Assembly (NCBI RefSeq): GCF_001194135.2 | Contig: NC_069000.1 | Span: forward strand, 778,460-842,459 | DNA from: Octopus bimaculoides | Taxonomy: Eukaryota | Direction: 5' to 3' | Length of the DNA stretch: 64,000 bases | Shown here: positions 63,461-64,000 of the stretch, piece by piece | Layout of the letters: every line of letters starts with the position of its first letter | How positions within the stretch are numbered: the first letter of the stretch is position 1 | Program-made: the position numbers and the translations under genes | The notes under the pieces: generated by a model | What the model saw: only the letters and a program-made list of their open reading frames with translations | Databases searched by the model: none | What the model was told of the DNA's origin: nothing

Positions 63461-64000
63461 CAGACATTTCTTGACAACATTCAGAATTGCGACCAAGTGA
63501 GACTCAACTAAACTGTAACTCTCTGATGGCTGCAACTAAATTTTGTGCAATGCCATCATTTGTCTTCTTAAAGTAGCCCAGATGTGACTTTTCAGTCCTG
63601 CTAAGACCTACATTATTTTGCACAATTAAAGCTGCGGCAACAATGGGCACATCTTGCATCTACTGCTCAGAGAATACCTTCATTCCATGATGGAATTTTT
63701 CATTGAATGTTTTAACTTTTTTTTCAATTATGGCCAGCCATATGATGGAACATATAACTGTGATGCCTGTTCCTGAAGCTTTATGAAATGTGAAAAGCCT
63801 TGCATTGGGCCAATCCCACTCTCTCAACAACAAATACATTCGCTCCAAAGAAGAGATAGTCTGCATTTCTGGGTACAAACAAGGACACCAGTTTTGCAAT
63901 AGAATTCTGCTTCACCAAGAAAGATATCTAAACAACTAATCAACTGGAATCACTTCAAGCCAGTGCCATCCCCTAAGATTAACCCAGTCCTGTGACTGAA
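63110..64000 (+). mobile_element. Decayed LINE RT fragment
   Basis: ITSYADDTK (RT catalytic YADD) followed by disrupted ORF. Confidence 0.55.

Overview
Eukaryotic, AT-rich, microsatellite-dense window with several N gaps. The repeat families suggest an octopus/coleoid cephalopod, which is my inference. Three genes can be built by hand. (1) A tRNA-Arg(CCG) gene at 739-811 (-). (2) A 30-coding-exon, ~1,530-aa long-form ABCC/MRP1-like ABC transporter (TMD0-L0-TMD1-NBD1-TMD2-NBD2) at 4644-44285 (+). It has one GC-AG intron, and one exon end is lost in an assembly gap. (3) A convergent TALE homeobox gene of the PKNOX/PREP class (not Meis/hth), with 9 coding exons (~747 aa) at 45904-53959 (-) and a compact promoter near 58140-58230. 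Introns and flanks hold Tc1/mariner, hAT, RTE, CR1/L2, HERO-like and Penelope-like remnants plus several SINE/MITE families. Most notable: a minimal type I hammerhead ribozyme fold with a competing upstream hairpin (58909-58977) and further decayed hammerhead motifs. The MRP keeps intact ATPase motifs but has a heavily remodelled substrate pocket, including Lys/His codons one A-to-I edit away from conserved Arg. There are PBX-PREP sites upstream of the PREP gene itself, uORFs and an alternative C-terminus in PKNOX, a ~200-bp intronic palindrome, and a CpG-retaining island inside the ABCC gene. Comparisons with human proteins are from recall and need an alignment to confirm.
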